NCBI GenBank assembly: GCA_045837725.1
Contig: JBEWZL010000202.1
Span: 310,001-374,000, forward strand
Direction: 5' to 3'
Length of the DNA stretch: 64,000 nt
From: Vermamoeba vermiformis
Taxonomy: Eukaryota
In this document: piece by piece, positions 25,790 to 43,895 of the stretch
Layout of the letters: each line of letters opens with the position of its first letter
Position numbering within the stretch: position 1 is the first letter of the stretch
Program-made: the position numbers and the translations under genes
The notes under the pieces: generated by a model
What the model saw: the letters and a program-made list of their open reading frames with translations, nothing else
Database searches by the model: none
What the model was told of the DNA's origin: nothing

Positions 25790-28700
25790 ATGGAAGACTT
25801 CAGCGGATTGGATCGGGCTTATTTCGACCTTCTGCCCAACGAAATTATTGTAAATATATTCTCTTACATTATATTGGAAGATTTATGTGCCTTTTCAGCC
25901 ACGGAGAGGAGGCTAGCTAAGTTGGTAGCCGAATCCATGCAGAAATATTGGAACAATTTTATTACGCGACGATTCATGGGCACAGGTGTGTAATAACAAT
26001 TAATCAATGCATAACTATTGATTTTCGGTGCTAAATATTTAATTAATAATTCACAAATAGATTTTCAACAAATCATGCGGACAATCAATTCTGTTAGCAA
26101 GGTTAATACCAATTATAGTAAATTTGGGTACTTTATAGAAGAGATATTATCAAGTATGGATATTTCAGACCGTGGTAAGTCGGATCCACCGAGAATCATT
26201 TTTCGTATTGATTAATTTTCTTTTCTATTGAAGAAACAGCTCTGAGCAAAGTAACCGAATCAAAATTATGGAGAAATATAGAGATTGAGAGTATCGATGG
26301 CGAAGTTCTAAACAACAGAAACGGATCTGCATTGAAAGTAACAATTGGGCGAGATCTACTGGTCAACCGATTCCTTCTCAGTTGGATATTCAATAATATG
26401 GATACCAATAACATAAAAAAACTAAGCATACGATGGGAACATCTTACAGACAACGAGCTTGAATTTGTAAGTCAAACATCGGATCTGAGGCCTCAAACCA
26501 ATCCACCAAACCCAGAATTCTTAACAATAATACATACATATATATATATAGCATATTAAATCAATATAATAATAATATTTCCGTTGAGCATACAGAGTTC
26601 TTACGAACTTTTTTATTACCAGATCTTGGAACGCTGTACTCATCTGGAAGAGCTCAACATCTCCGAATCAAGCAAATTAGCTGCTTTCGTAACTGATAAA
26701 GGTGCGTGCTTACAGTTCAATCAGCGGCAAAGTAAAACTAATGTCCTGCTTAATCTAGTTATTCCGGTCTTGACAGCAAATTGTCAACAGCTCAAGAGTC
26801 TTGGAGCATTTTTTCCTATTACTGATGTCGGAATAGGTACCTTATAATGCACAATACAAAACGGATTACTAATTTGTCCGCAACAGATCTGTTGACCCGC
26901 GAGCTGACTGGTTTAGTGCAGTTGAAATTCAAAGCCTCGAAGAAAATTACCGACAGATCTTTGGCCAGTATTACAGCTAGGCAAGTACTATATTAGGGTA
27001 TACTATTAATGACTTGTAATAATATACAACGTAGATGCAAATCGTTAAAGTCATTCGAGTTCACTGGTGAATCTGAGACGATTACCTCGCAAGCATTTCA
27101 AAATCTTATTCAAGGCTTGCCTTCTTTAGAAAACTTAAAATTAGGATCGATATCGAATATCAAAAGCGAAGGTAATAGCTTGCCGTACTATCTTTTCGAC
27201 CAATCGCAATGGACTAACTTTCAGTCTTAGTGTTTTCACTTATAGCTCAATATTGCACGGGATTTCAATCATTTTCATTACTAAGCTACGAGAAGAGTGG
27301 AAAGAATAAGACATATCAAGATGATTTCTTGAAGAGACTGCAGAATATGAGGCTAAAGGTAAGTGTCTCGAGTGATATTTTTTCGATTGCAAAAACTGAC
27401 CCTACGATCTCCAATAGCGCCTATTTATACAAAGTGTTCGTTTATTGCGCGACGATCAAGCTTTTTCACCGGCATTTTGTGCACCGCTAGGTACGTTGCA
27501 GATCCAACTAGTACTTAGACTCAAGTATTAATTGGTAATAATAGAGGAGCTTAGGCTAATGAACCACGATTCTCGATGTCAAATAGTGATATCACAGCTA
27601 TTTACTATTGTCAAGAACGCACCAAACTTGACAAAGATCTACGTGTCCGAACTGACGCAGGACAACGAAGAAAAGTTTTGGGAGCCAGATCAACGAACTA
27701 TAGTTAAATTATTTGGTTTGTTAGGCCATACTCATTTAAGCAAGCTACATGAGCTCAACTTGCACTTTGGATCAACTCCGGAGTACCTCGGTAAACCATC
27801 TACTTTGCATTTCCTTTTATGGCAATTTAGCACAAGGAACTAACGGCCATTCTAACGAAGGTGTCGTGCTCAACTCGACAAGCATTACTACACTCAAGCT
27901 ATCGTCATCAAGCTTTACTATTGGCCATATACCCGCGCCAAAGTTCGACATCCACATTAACTGTCCGAACTTGACGGACTGCTCACTGTTATTGCAATGT
28001 ACTGAGCACGCATTTGCATCATTGAACGAGAACTCTAGGTAACATTGTTGAGAGAATCTTATTATTGAAGACCTCTGTAAGTTATCATTATGTGTTTAGG
28101 TCCCTGGAGAGTTTGAGCATGTCCTCGCATCAGCTGCTAAGTGACCGTATCAAACACTTGTTAAGCACGGGATTTAAGAACCTGAAGATATTTTCAGGTG
28201 ATATCGCTACACCAATAGGTAATATCGCTAATTTTCGGGTGGTGCCGTATCTGACATTCATTTCAGTCACTGAGAGTCATCCGGATGTGTTGATTCGACC
28301 ATTCAATCCTAGCTTTGAAGCGTCTTCATGGCAAGGCAATGCACTGAAAAATTATCAGCCAATCACTGGCATCAATATTTTCGTCACACCTAGTCGAGGC
28401 AAGTTCATTTTCATAGAGTTTGTCGGGACTAATATGTTCCTTGACAGATCCGTTACAAAACTATTTGTCCGTGCTGAACTTTGGTTCAATTGTTACATTG
28501 GGCTTGATGGGCGATGTGTCTAACGTGTTAACGATAACGACGCAAGATCTATATGAGCTCTCTAAGAGCATGAAGTACTTGCGCAAACTTCGGTTACGCT
28601 ACATTGACTTGCTCGAATTGAAGTTACACAGTGCGACCTTAGAGTTTTTGCGATTAGAGTACACGAGCTCGTTACAAACAATCGACTTGGATTGTCCCAA

Positions 28701-29505
28701 ATTGATCGAGTTTGTGACTGACAGAACAGGTGACGCATCATTGCCACTCCGCCTAATCAATCAACTGAAGACGAGTTCGTGCCCTCAACTCAACACGTTG
28801 CGTATTGTCGGCAAGATCAAGGAGTCAGATACGCAAGAAATTTCAAGCAAAGAGCCCAGAGGGTTCATTTGCGAGTCAGATTCAATTCACACATTAGGCA
28901 AGTTTTCTTTCATTTTGAACCGGTCTTTTTGCCACTTTTTCTGAGGCCATATTTGACATATACAGATGATATTAATATGATTTATAGGGCTCGTCAGTGA
29001 CACTAGAATCCAATCGTGTCACGTTCGAATGTCAAATCTAGTCACGCTTAACCTCCACAACATTCGGCACCTGCGCCAGATCTCAATTAACGCATGTCAT
29101 TCGCTGACTTATTTGACGATTTCTTTCTGCAAGAATTTAGAGACCTTCTCATGCGATGCACATAATCTTCGCTCCATGGGCTTTGGATTCAATGGATTTC
29201 TCTCCAGCGTCAAGATCAAGGCACCGAAATTGCAAAAGTTAAGTTTGGAGTACTGCGGTGATTATCTACTGCAATTATTACTGTCTATATTGCATAGTTG
29301 CGGTAATGTCTCCAAGCTTACTATCAAAAAAGAGTCGTTCTCGCCATTCATTAGTCCGAATGATGAGAACCCGATCTTCGAGACTTTAGGATTTATGGCA
29401 CCAAAGCTCGAAACGATTACTATATTTGGACAATGGTTTACCCCGAGGTCATTTAATAACTTGATCGAGCGCCTTGGCTTAATTCAGCTCGTTAAGGTAA
29501 ACTAA
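25790..29505 (+). CDS. F-box / leucine-rich-repeat protein, many exons
   Basis: F-box FDLLPNEIIVNIFSYI followed by LRR-like units (CTHLEELNIS, CKSLKSFEF, CPNLTDCSL, CPKLIEF, CKNLETF). Confidence 0.85.
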
Positions 29506-29729
29506 ATTTCCATTGATGCAGGATCTGATCTGGTTTCTATTTCAGTCGAAGCCGAAATTGCCAGGAGAAGCATTGAGCTACTTAAGATCGCGAAATATAA
29601 CCTATTTCGAGAAGTTGTAGGACCATAAAATGTCTTCAAATGCGAGATTTCCTTGTGGAGGAGTACCACAAGTTTTGTAGGGTTGATCTTGGTCAGAAAC
29701 ATTACTCCGAAATTAACTAATCATTTATT

Positions 29730-29843
29730 GACCGTGGTAGCTCAATAATAGAGCACTCGTCTGACCCTTCGGGGTCATCCTCCTTGCAAAATTTGTCCGG
29801 TTGGTAACGCGAGTGGATGCGGGTGTAATTCCCGCCTGCGGTC
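29730..29843 (+). ncRNA. tRNA-like RNA with non-canonical elbow and a ~41-nt structured insert in the anticodon loop
   Basis: Acceptor ACCGTGG/CTGCGGT (plus a G-1:C73 pair), TA, D arm GCTC-AATAATA-GAGC, anticodon stem CTCGT/GCGAG, variable region TGGAT, T arm GCGGG-TGTAATT-CCCGC. Followed by T-runs. Confidence 0.7.
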
Positions 29844-29844
29844 G

Positions 29845-29860
29845 TTTCTTTTTGTTTTTT
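29845..29860 (+). terminator. Pol III-type oligo-T terminator candidate
   Basis: TTTCTTTTTGTTTTTT lies immediately after the tRNA-like fold. Confidence 0.5.
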
Positions 29861-30374
29861 CGGACGTCAATTAATGAAACAGATTAATCTTTGTCTGCTT
29901 CGTTGATCTGAGGGCGGATTTGCAGAGCCCAACCGAGAAAAAGTAAATTTGAAGGTTTAGTTTCTCATATTATTGTCACTCATTGTAGCGCACAGACAAC
30001 ATTATGTCACTGACCTGAACCTCGATCTGTTGTTCTTTTGAAATTTTTTTTTCGCGTCAAATTTGACGACGTGTTTGTTGCTAGCGATCCAAGGACCGGT
30101 ACGCGATTGAAAATTACGAAAACGGAAATGTACGCAGTTGAACACGCAATGTTGAAGAACACAAACCTACTGGACTGGAAGGAAGAAAACTTCGAAAATA
30201 CGTAACGTTCATTTAAATGAGCAATTTCCAAATAAAAATAGATATTTTCTGTGCGAAAACGTGTCAACAACACTTCAAAACAAAAAAAGCAGCCGATTTT
30301 TCCATTGTTTTATTCGTGATTTCTATCAGCGTCATATAACCACAACACTCTATAGTCAAGTAGTGCAGTCAAAC

Positions 30375-30766
30375 ATGCGCTCTATCGTCTCTTTCCTCTC
30401 TGTCGTCCTTATCTTCTCCGTCATTGCGGTATGCTTATAGATCTGACCCAATTCGCTTTTATCGGATGTCAAACTAATAGTTATAATGCTATTATATAGG
30501 TAGTCGTAGCTGACAATGCATCGTGCACGTGCTACTGCCAAGTTGGCGCTGGTGGCAACAACGGAACGACATCCCAAGTCATTGAGCTTGGCGATTCAGA
30601 CACGACTAGCTGCTCTACTTGCACTAGCGATGTCTGCTCGCAGAATTATGCATCGCAATGCCAGGGCTCCATCTATGCTCAATGCGACCACACTGGATCT
30701 CCTGCCTCATCCCTCGCCGTTTCGGCTGCAGTCATGGCTTTCGTTGGCTTGCTTTATATTATGTAG
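30375..30766 (+). CDS. Small secreted cysteine-rich protein, probably GPI-anchored (2 exons)
   Basis: Signal peptide MRSIVSFLSVVLIFSVIA, intron 30429-30499, mature region with 8 Cys (CTCYC...CSTC...C...C...C) and a hydrophobic C-terminal tail SAAVMAFVGLLYIM. Confidence 0.8.
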
Positions 30767-30873
30767 GTCTTACATACCGCGGTCTATTCTAAATAAAAAA
30801 ACAAGATTTTTCTTGTGAACTACGGGCGGATCATGTCCGCGTACCAATTCTTTTTTTCTGATTTTATTTGATT

Positions 30874-36187
<5,314 letters not shown>

Positions 36188-36391
36188 TTTAAATTAACAT
36201 TATCGAGAGCATATATTACGTATGTGGCTATTGTTCGATGCTACTGGGCGGAAGGAAAACTGAACTTTCCGCGGGATCCGTTCGTGCTCCGGTTTTTGGT
36301 CCGAATAAAAAAAAAACAGGCTGAACAATTTTTCTTTCGTTCCCTTTCGTTACACTACAAGCCCACAAATTCATATTTGTAGATATTATAA

Positions 36392-37768
36392 ATGGTCTCT
36401 CGTTCACTTTTCTTCGTTTTGGCGGAGATCGCCTTAGGTATTTGGGGCATCTATTCATTTATCTCCGTCGTCAACGGCAATCAAAAAGGTATGTGATAAT
36501 CAGTTATAATGCGCCGTAAACGGAATTAAATTTATACGGGGTTAGAACATCCAAAGCCTGATGATTAAAAACTTTCTTCCTGTGCGCAAAAACTGGAGAC
36601 TGAACGCGAAAAAATACTAATATTATTTGCAGCTTTTGGAGAGATGGTTAAAGAAGCTTCAAGCCCTGAATACAAAACAAAAGAATCTTTGGATCTTCCT
36701 TATTTTGACAGCAACGTTTTGATGCTCATTCGCTTTTTCGATCTCGGTGGCAATAGTACTGCAGATGGGTCATGAACAATTTTATGTCCACTGCTTGGGC
36801 TCTCGCACTGGTGAGTTCCACATTTGTCAATCAGATTCTCTGAAACTATTCTCTGAAACTAACGCTCAATCAGCCTTTGTTCTATGTAGATGTCTCCCGT
36901 CTGGCTCGTCCTAACAAGTGGTATTTCCACGCATTTCTTTTGCCGATGATTGGCCAGTTCTACGGCATCAGCATTTCTCATCCCTTTTCGTTGGCTTACT
37001 TGATTTGGATCGCAAACAGAAAAGGTACCAATTCGCACCTAAACAGCGTATAGATAACGCTTAATACTATGAAAATCACGTACTAACACTTTTTCGTAGC
37101 GAATGAGTCCCACAAAAATTTCAAAGGCACTAAGCCCAGCTTGATTGCAGCGTTGTTCATGACGACTCTCGTTTACTTTTTGATTCAAACTGCACTTATC
37201 AACACTAGCAAGGGACCTGCTTGGAGAGACATCACATACTATTTCTTGTGGTGGCCAATGGTCGCGCCTTTGTTGATCGTTGGTCTTCCTTTAATCTTAG
37301 GACTCTTTGGTAAGTCTTATATAATACTAGTACTATGTGTATGTATATATACGAGTTATTAATAGTAATCTAGGTGAGCGATTTAGAACTGGAGACTTCT
37401 CGAAGATCACTTTGTCAATCTTTTATGGCGTTGTTGCTGGCGTCTGCTTGGCAACATTCTTACAAAGCTCAGTAGCTGTATATAGCACATATAAGGGTCT
37501 CGGTTTAGGAGCAGGGCTCGCCAAGATCGGATCGGATTTCGTTGGCAACTTCGCAGAGCGATTTTTGTTCTTTGACTACATAATCTTTACTCTATCATTG
37601 TTGTTCTACGTATGGGAAAGATCTGGTCTGTATGTTGTGCTCTCTGTCACACTCTTTTCGCTGCTTCTTAGTCCTGGATTTGCCATCGCTATTTACGCCT
37701 TGGTTCGAGAGTTCGGAAGCAACGAAGAGCAACCCAAACCCAAGTACACTGAACTGAAGCAAAACTGA
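36392..37768 (+). CDS. Multi-pass membrane protein, multi-exon (distant resemblance to fungal CtvD-type membrane proteins)
   Basis: Hydrophobic exons; GQFYGISISHPF and the C-terminal FLFFDY...LLLSPGFAIAIYALVRE. The family call is tentative. Confidence 0.6.
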
Positions 37769-37992
37769 CCTGTAGAATCGTAATAATAAATGAGATTTCG
37801 GCTCGAGAATCCTAAAATAGTTATCGGGTTTTTCAAGCTTGTAACTACATGGCTTGGCAACCTAGTAGGTAGATAACTCCGAGATTGTCATAGTTACTTT
37901 AAAAACCGAGGTTCCGGGTCTTCAATTTGGACGCTCACAATATTTTATTTTTTTGCCATCATTATTATTTTTAAACTTGCCATCTGTTCAAC

Positions 37993-39071
37993 ATGCGAGG
38001 TCGGTCGCCAATATCAACCCGCCTTGTTGGTGGTGTTATTGTTGGAGTGGTTCTGTTGTTTATTTATTCGCAGATGCTGTCTGATCAGTTGCCTCCAACG
38101 GCAAACTCACCTACTAATAATTTCGTTGGTAATAATAGTAGAATAGTAGTCTCCAAGGGAACATGACTAATAATCTTCTCGTACTTTAGATAAACCCATG
38201 CCGGAGTCAGAAACTAAATCTGAAGATTGCGAAGGACGACGTACCCAATTACCAATGGCTATTCAAATTAAAAATTTTTGGGGCAATAACAACGTGAATA
38301 AGCCAAAGCCAAGCTCACCAACCAGAGAGATTCTCATCAAAAAGCTCCATCACGGCGTTGATCCGTTTACAAACTTTCCGGTCGAGGATAACCCATTTAA
38401 AACACCTACTATGCCTACACATTTCTCAACCGAGGAGGTCAAGCGGATTTTAAATCTTTACAATCTTACCCCAAAATTTATTGTTGAAGTCGGCAGTTAT
38501 GTGGGCGGATCTGCTATTAGAATCGTGAAGGCTTTGAAAGATCTATCATTAAACGACGTGCCTGTTTTATGCGTTGGTAAGTAAATCATGAATCGTGTAA
38601 TTTTTAAATTTAATGTTTTTTTGGATGTGATCAGATACTTGGCTCGGAACTGCTACTCAATGGCTATGGAAAGATCCCAATTTCGATTTAGAATATGGCC
38701 GCCCAAGTCTTTATAACCAATTTATGGTCAACGTTATCAATAACAAAGCCCATAGTCACATTTTGCCGTTGGTTGCTACCGGCGCTACTGGAGCACATCT
38801 GCTCAAAGCGCAACAATGGCAAGTCGATTTCCTCTACCTAGATGCCGCTCATGAAGCTATCGAAACATTCCGAGAGGTGTGCCTGTATTTTGAAGTATTG
38901 GCCGTGAACGGAGTTATGGCTGGAGACGATTACAATTCATTCCCTGCAGTGAAGCACGACGTGGATCTGTTTGTGCGACTATCTGGTGCTGAGCTCCAAG
39001 TTAATGGCGCGACGTGGCACATCGTCAAAACACCCGCGATTAAGGACTTTACTTGTTGGGACTGGATTTAG
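37993..39071 (+). CDS. Type II membrane class I SAM-dependent methyltransferase (Methyltransf_24-like)
   Basis: N-terminal TM segment; IVEVGSYVGGSA, LCVDTWLG (spliced), VDFLYLDAAH and GVMAGDDY. Confidence 0.85.
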
Positions 39072-39144
39072 ATCCACTGAAAGTTCCTTACCCAACCTGT
39101 AAATAACAATAACTAATAAGCTACTGTAGAGTATGTAAACAATA

Positions 39145-40368
39145 TTAAATATTAACTGGCAGTTGCTCCAAACATAATGCGGATGCAATCCACGGATCTT
39201 TTTTGCTCTCGTACTGGATGCACTTTTTCATTCCAGCGGTGTTGTAGACAGGTGGCATAGCCATACCTAGTCCGTTAAATACATTGCCATGGCTATCTGC
39301 GGCCATTTTAAGCTCCTTAATAGCTGCATCCAGACAAAGTTCTCGATCCCATGTGCACCCGTGTTCGTGGGCGTAAGAGAGGATGCTGTGACTTCCATAT
39401 TGACATGCTATCGTGCAAGTATTGTTCGTCCATTGAGCACCATGTTCGTGAGCATATACGAGGCATTTGAATTCATTTTTTTCAGCGCAGATGTCGGTTA
39501 TGTCAGGTAACCATTCTAAGCCATACTTGTGCGTTAACTCGAACGCTAACATATTACCAAGAACGTAGTGATATCGCATTTCTTCGGGTACGGGCCGTAA
39601 TCCAGCATTAAGCAAGAATTCTAACAGATCTGGATCGCAGCGGTTCGAATCTAAAGTCCAAGGCGGTAATGTCGTAACAACGCCTCGTCCCACAATATAC
39701 TTCACGCATTCTATTTGCTTATGCTGCAAAGCCAAGTCTAAGTCCACTGCGCTCACTGGTGCGTAGTGCAGATCGATGTATTCCAAACACTTTACAAATC
39801 CTTTCTTGACAGCACTCTCGCGCATTTGATAATTGTATGCACAACCATTGGATAGAGCATATTCAAGTACTTCATGGTGTCCGTAGTCGGTTGCTGCAAG
39901 TCCAACAGAACTGTTCCAAGGGCATCCAGTTTCATGAGCAAATTTCAAGCACGATAACAATCCATTCTTTGCAAAATATGTCGAGATCATTATAGCCTTG
40001 CCATAGTCTATTATTTGCGTTGATTTCCATATTGTTTCTTTGAACGACTGGCAGACGGAGTGAAGTGACTTGTTGACTTGCGATAAAATCACCACGTTAA
40101 TCTTTTTTAGGAGGAAGTCTTTATCAAAGGATGGTGCATATAAATCTCGTAAAATGTAGGTCCATATTTCGATTGGCAAATCCTAAATGCCGCGAGACAG
40201 ATTAATTGAACGTTGTGAAATCCGGAAATAAAATTAAAATGATTAGCTAGGTCAAAAAGGCCTCCATTTAATTAAATAAATAATGCTCAATTTCATATTG
40301 TAAAATATATTTATCTTTATTTAGTAACTTTTAATGAAACGTTGGGCCTGAGCTTTGGGCCTTACCAT
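39145..40368 (-). CDS. F-box + ankyrin-repeat protein of the giant-virus/amoebal type
   Basis: An ATG-only exon (40366-40368) splices to DLPIEIWTYIL...SQVNKSLH (F-box). Repeats LKFAHETGCPWN, LEYALSNGCAY, LVYAHEHGAQWT and LSYAHEHGCTWD follow. Confidence 0.8.
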
Positions 40369-40529
40369 ATCACTTTTCAGCGAGGATTATAGCCGGTTTT
40401 TATGTCGCTTTATTTTCGCGCGTTTGTTGTGCAAACGGAGCGGACTGTTGACAAAATTGTGCTGAAATCAGCCTGCAGAAGTTAGATCGCGCACTTAATT
40501 GATGAACACACCATAGTGCTTAATTCAAT

Positions 40530-42942
40530 ATGTCTTGGACTTCACTCAATACATTGCTAACGAATGCTTTGCCGTCCACCGCGGCCTATGCATTCTTTTC
40601 GCCGGATGGACGTTCAGCGTTTGGAAATCCGATCGGGACGTTAGCAGTGCCTTCTTCACTAATTAATGTACGTTAAATATAATATAAATCAGTATAAACT
40701 ATATGATACGATTCCGGTCATTAATATTTGATTTTATTCATGAATAGGACGAATCTAACCCGAATGCTGAATCTAAGAAGGTGCATCACTTAGATTTTAA
40801 CAACAATAAGAACATATTCCAAAATAAGAAGACAAGCGAATTACTATTTCAATATATGATATTAAAAATGTGCTCAATTGGCTTGCTCGTCGATCACGGT
40901 CCAGCTATGCTCAGAACGCTTGAAAAAGTTCATCTTTCAGGTAATATATTTAATTTAATTTTATAAAACCAATTATATGGTCCTTATTGGCGTTGCAAAA
41001 TCATTTAATAAGCGTCAAGGGGTGTCCGTTGGTTAAATAGTGAAAATAGAGTATCTTTAGTGAAATTTGCAGGATAAAAAATTAAGACATAAATTTCAAA
41101 ATAATTTGCACGATCAAGTATGTACCTTGAAGCAAATTAACCTCATGCGAGATCGCATGACTTTTCAGATTTCATAACGACTTTTACTTATCTTCTTTAA
41201 TTAAATAAATAACGCATGTTATTATATTTGCTTTATTATCGTATGCTTACAATATTTTAATTAAAATTTATTTTTCAGCACCTGCTTATTGGTTCATCAA
41301 GAAGACGTTTTTCAAGCACTTTTGCGCGGGTGAAGATATCGACGAGGCAGTTGAAGCAGCAAAAAAATTACGCAAGCAAGGCGTACGAACTATTCTAGAT
41401 TACAGCGTTGAAGCTGATGAAGAAGGCTCACACAATTTTGATCAAGTAGTTGATGTTCTCGTGAAGACTATGGTCGCTAGTGCCGAGAACCCTGATGCAA
41501 TTTCATACTCGTGCTTTAAGGTAATATTAGGTCCGGCACCTATTAATTGAATATGATATATAGAGGTCTTAATATTAACTACGTGTTTGTGTGTAGATGA
41601 CGGGATTGACCAACCCAACGTTGTTGGAAAAAATGACCAGAACCATTTCACACATTGAAGAAGAGACCAAAAAAGGAACCAAAGTTGAGCGGCCCTTGTG
41701 GTACACCGAGCTACTGAACTACAGTACGTTAAAAAAAATTCACGTGCCACGTCAACTTTCATACCCTCGTACTACGTTACATGATAATAATTTTAACTGC
41801 TATTCCGTGTTTTAATCATTGCCACCAAATACTAATGATATTATACTTAATAGAGGATTACAATCAATTTATGACTAAGATCAAGAGTCAACCAATCGCA
41901 TCCAACAAAAAAGATTCGGATCTGCTGTACAACTTGGACGAGACGGAATTTAACCAATTATCAGGTACTTATAATACATAAGTATTGTATCATACCAATA
42001 CTCATGATACACATCAGATCTGCTATCAAGATTGGATCGGCTAATGTCGGTGGCTTCGCAGCACAAAGTCCCCGTACTGATCGATGCGGAACAAACTTAC
42101 TATCAAAAGGCTATTGATTTCTTTGCGCTATCGCTCAGCAAACGATACAACACGAAAGATCCGATCGTGTACAACACTTATCAGTTGTACTTGAAAGACG
42201 GTCTGACCCGGTTACAGCGCGACATGAAACAGGCCGAGAGCGACAAGTGGTACTTTGCAGCTAAGGTACGTCGATTGAGATGACTTGCGACACGTGACCT
42301 TGACATGTTCTGACACGTGCTTGTCTTTCACTAGCTCGTGCGTGGTGCGTACATGGACTCTGAGCGCGCCCGTGCCAAGCAACTCGGCTATGATGACCCT
42401 ATTAACAAAACTATTGACGACACGCACAGCAACTACAACAACGCTATTTCGTTGATTGTTGAAGCCATGGCGAAGAAGAAACGAGTGGCTGCGTTAGTGG
42501 CCTCCCACAATGAAAAGTCAGTTGATTGGGCTTGGTCCAACCTGCAAAAGAACGGATTTACTACGCCTCAAGGAGTACGTATTATATTTAGGCAGATCGA
42601 GATCCGCTAGTTGATGAGTTGGGACGAATAACCAAAAAAAATATAGCAAATATATTATATATCCAATGTGCTAATAATCCTTGATTTTAGCAATTGAAGA
42701 CGGAACCAGAGCCCGCCATCCACTTTGCGCAATTGTACGGCATGAGCGATCACATCTCGCTAACATTAGCGCAACAAAACCTTCATGTAGCCAAGTACGT
42801 GCCTTTCGGGCCAGTTAGAGCTGTGATGCCGTACTTGATTCGAAGAATGCAAGAGAACAGAGGATTCGTTGGCAAAACGGGTCATGAACGAGAACTGATC
42901 GGCAGAGAACTGAAGCGAAGAATACTGCGAAGAGATGATTAA
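40530..42942 (+). CDS. PRODH: Proline dehydrogenase (mitochondrial), multi-exon
   Basis: [68 protein letters not shown] and KYVPFGPV...PYLIRR. Confidence 0.95.
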
Positions 42943-43072
42943 GAAGCATATAGCATCTAACAATATTCAATTTTGTATCCGCGACGAATAATAAATTGCA
43001 TTCAGATGGAGTTGGAAATTTATTTTTGGGGTCCGGTACAAAAACCAACTCCTAATTGGGACAAGCAAGGAC

Positions 43073-43228
43073 TTAAAAGGTCAGTTGACCACCGATAGGG
43101 CTTGAGTGGTATTCCACTTCAGGAGCGCCATATCCAGTGACGTACATGATTGTGTGGGTGCCGACGAATTGTCCGGCAGCGTTGTAGTCGTAGATAGTGC
43201 CCATCATGCTAACAGAAGGAGTGTCCAT
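43073..43228 (-). CDS. Small ORF, 51 aa (below the ORF-track cutoff)
   Basis: MDTPSVSMMGTIYDYNAAGQFVGTHTIMYVTGYGAPEVEYHSSPIGGQLTF*. Strong C-ending codon bias (ATC, TAC, GAC, AAC, TTC, GTC), CACCATG start context and an upstream ATATAAA. Confidence 0.6.
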   Translation of the reverse strand: MDTPSVSMMGTIYDYNAAGQFVGTHTIMYVTGYGAPEVEYHSSPIGGQLTF

Positions 43229-43895
43229 GGTGATGATGTGAAGTAGAGTGTAGGGTTTTGAGTTTTAAAAATACTCGGCCGAGTTACCGTTTTATATTTG
43301 TTTTAATCTTACATTTTTCTGATATCAAACATTTCCGAATCCAGTCAATTCAGAATTTATACAGCGGGATACGCGCAATATCAAGAAAAAAATAGGATTA
43401 TGAACGAGAGAGAATCTCTTAGTGGTTAAGCAACCCAAGATGAGTTCCTACTTGTACCGTAAAAAGTTTGTACTGCTGGCAGATCTAAGTAATTTTAGAA
43501 TCCTTTTACATTCATATTACGCAGCAATCTCATCTGAATTAGATTTCGGAAAGTTCTTTTTGACTCCAACATTGCACGTTGAAATTCATTCACGCCGGTT
43601 GAACAACCTCGGATTGTGCACTCACAAATTGTGTGAAAGTGAGGCTACGACAACGCATGAAAAAATAGTTCTCGGGGTATATTAATACACTGCGTAAGTC
43701 GATAAAGGTTTCTAAAGCATGGTGGCGTTTGCAAACTCTGGCGCAATCAAGATGTCGACCCAAATCACTTATTTCAAATAATACATGTATTAAAAATAAT
43801 ATATAGATATTAGTAATTCGGTGTTTGATCATTTTGGGCTTGCCTTTATTAAAATTCCAAATTTAATAAAATTAATATTTTTATTTCAAGACCAA

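Noticed and set aside
43590-43832. Minus-strand F-box-like fragment (IHVLFEISDLGRHLDCARVCKR)
   Set aside because: No convincing start or downstream domain; it may be a remnant but cannot be supported as a gene.
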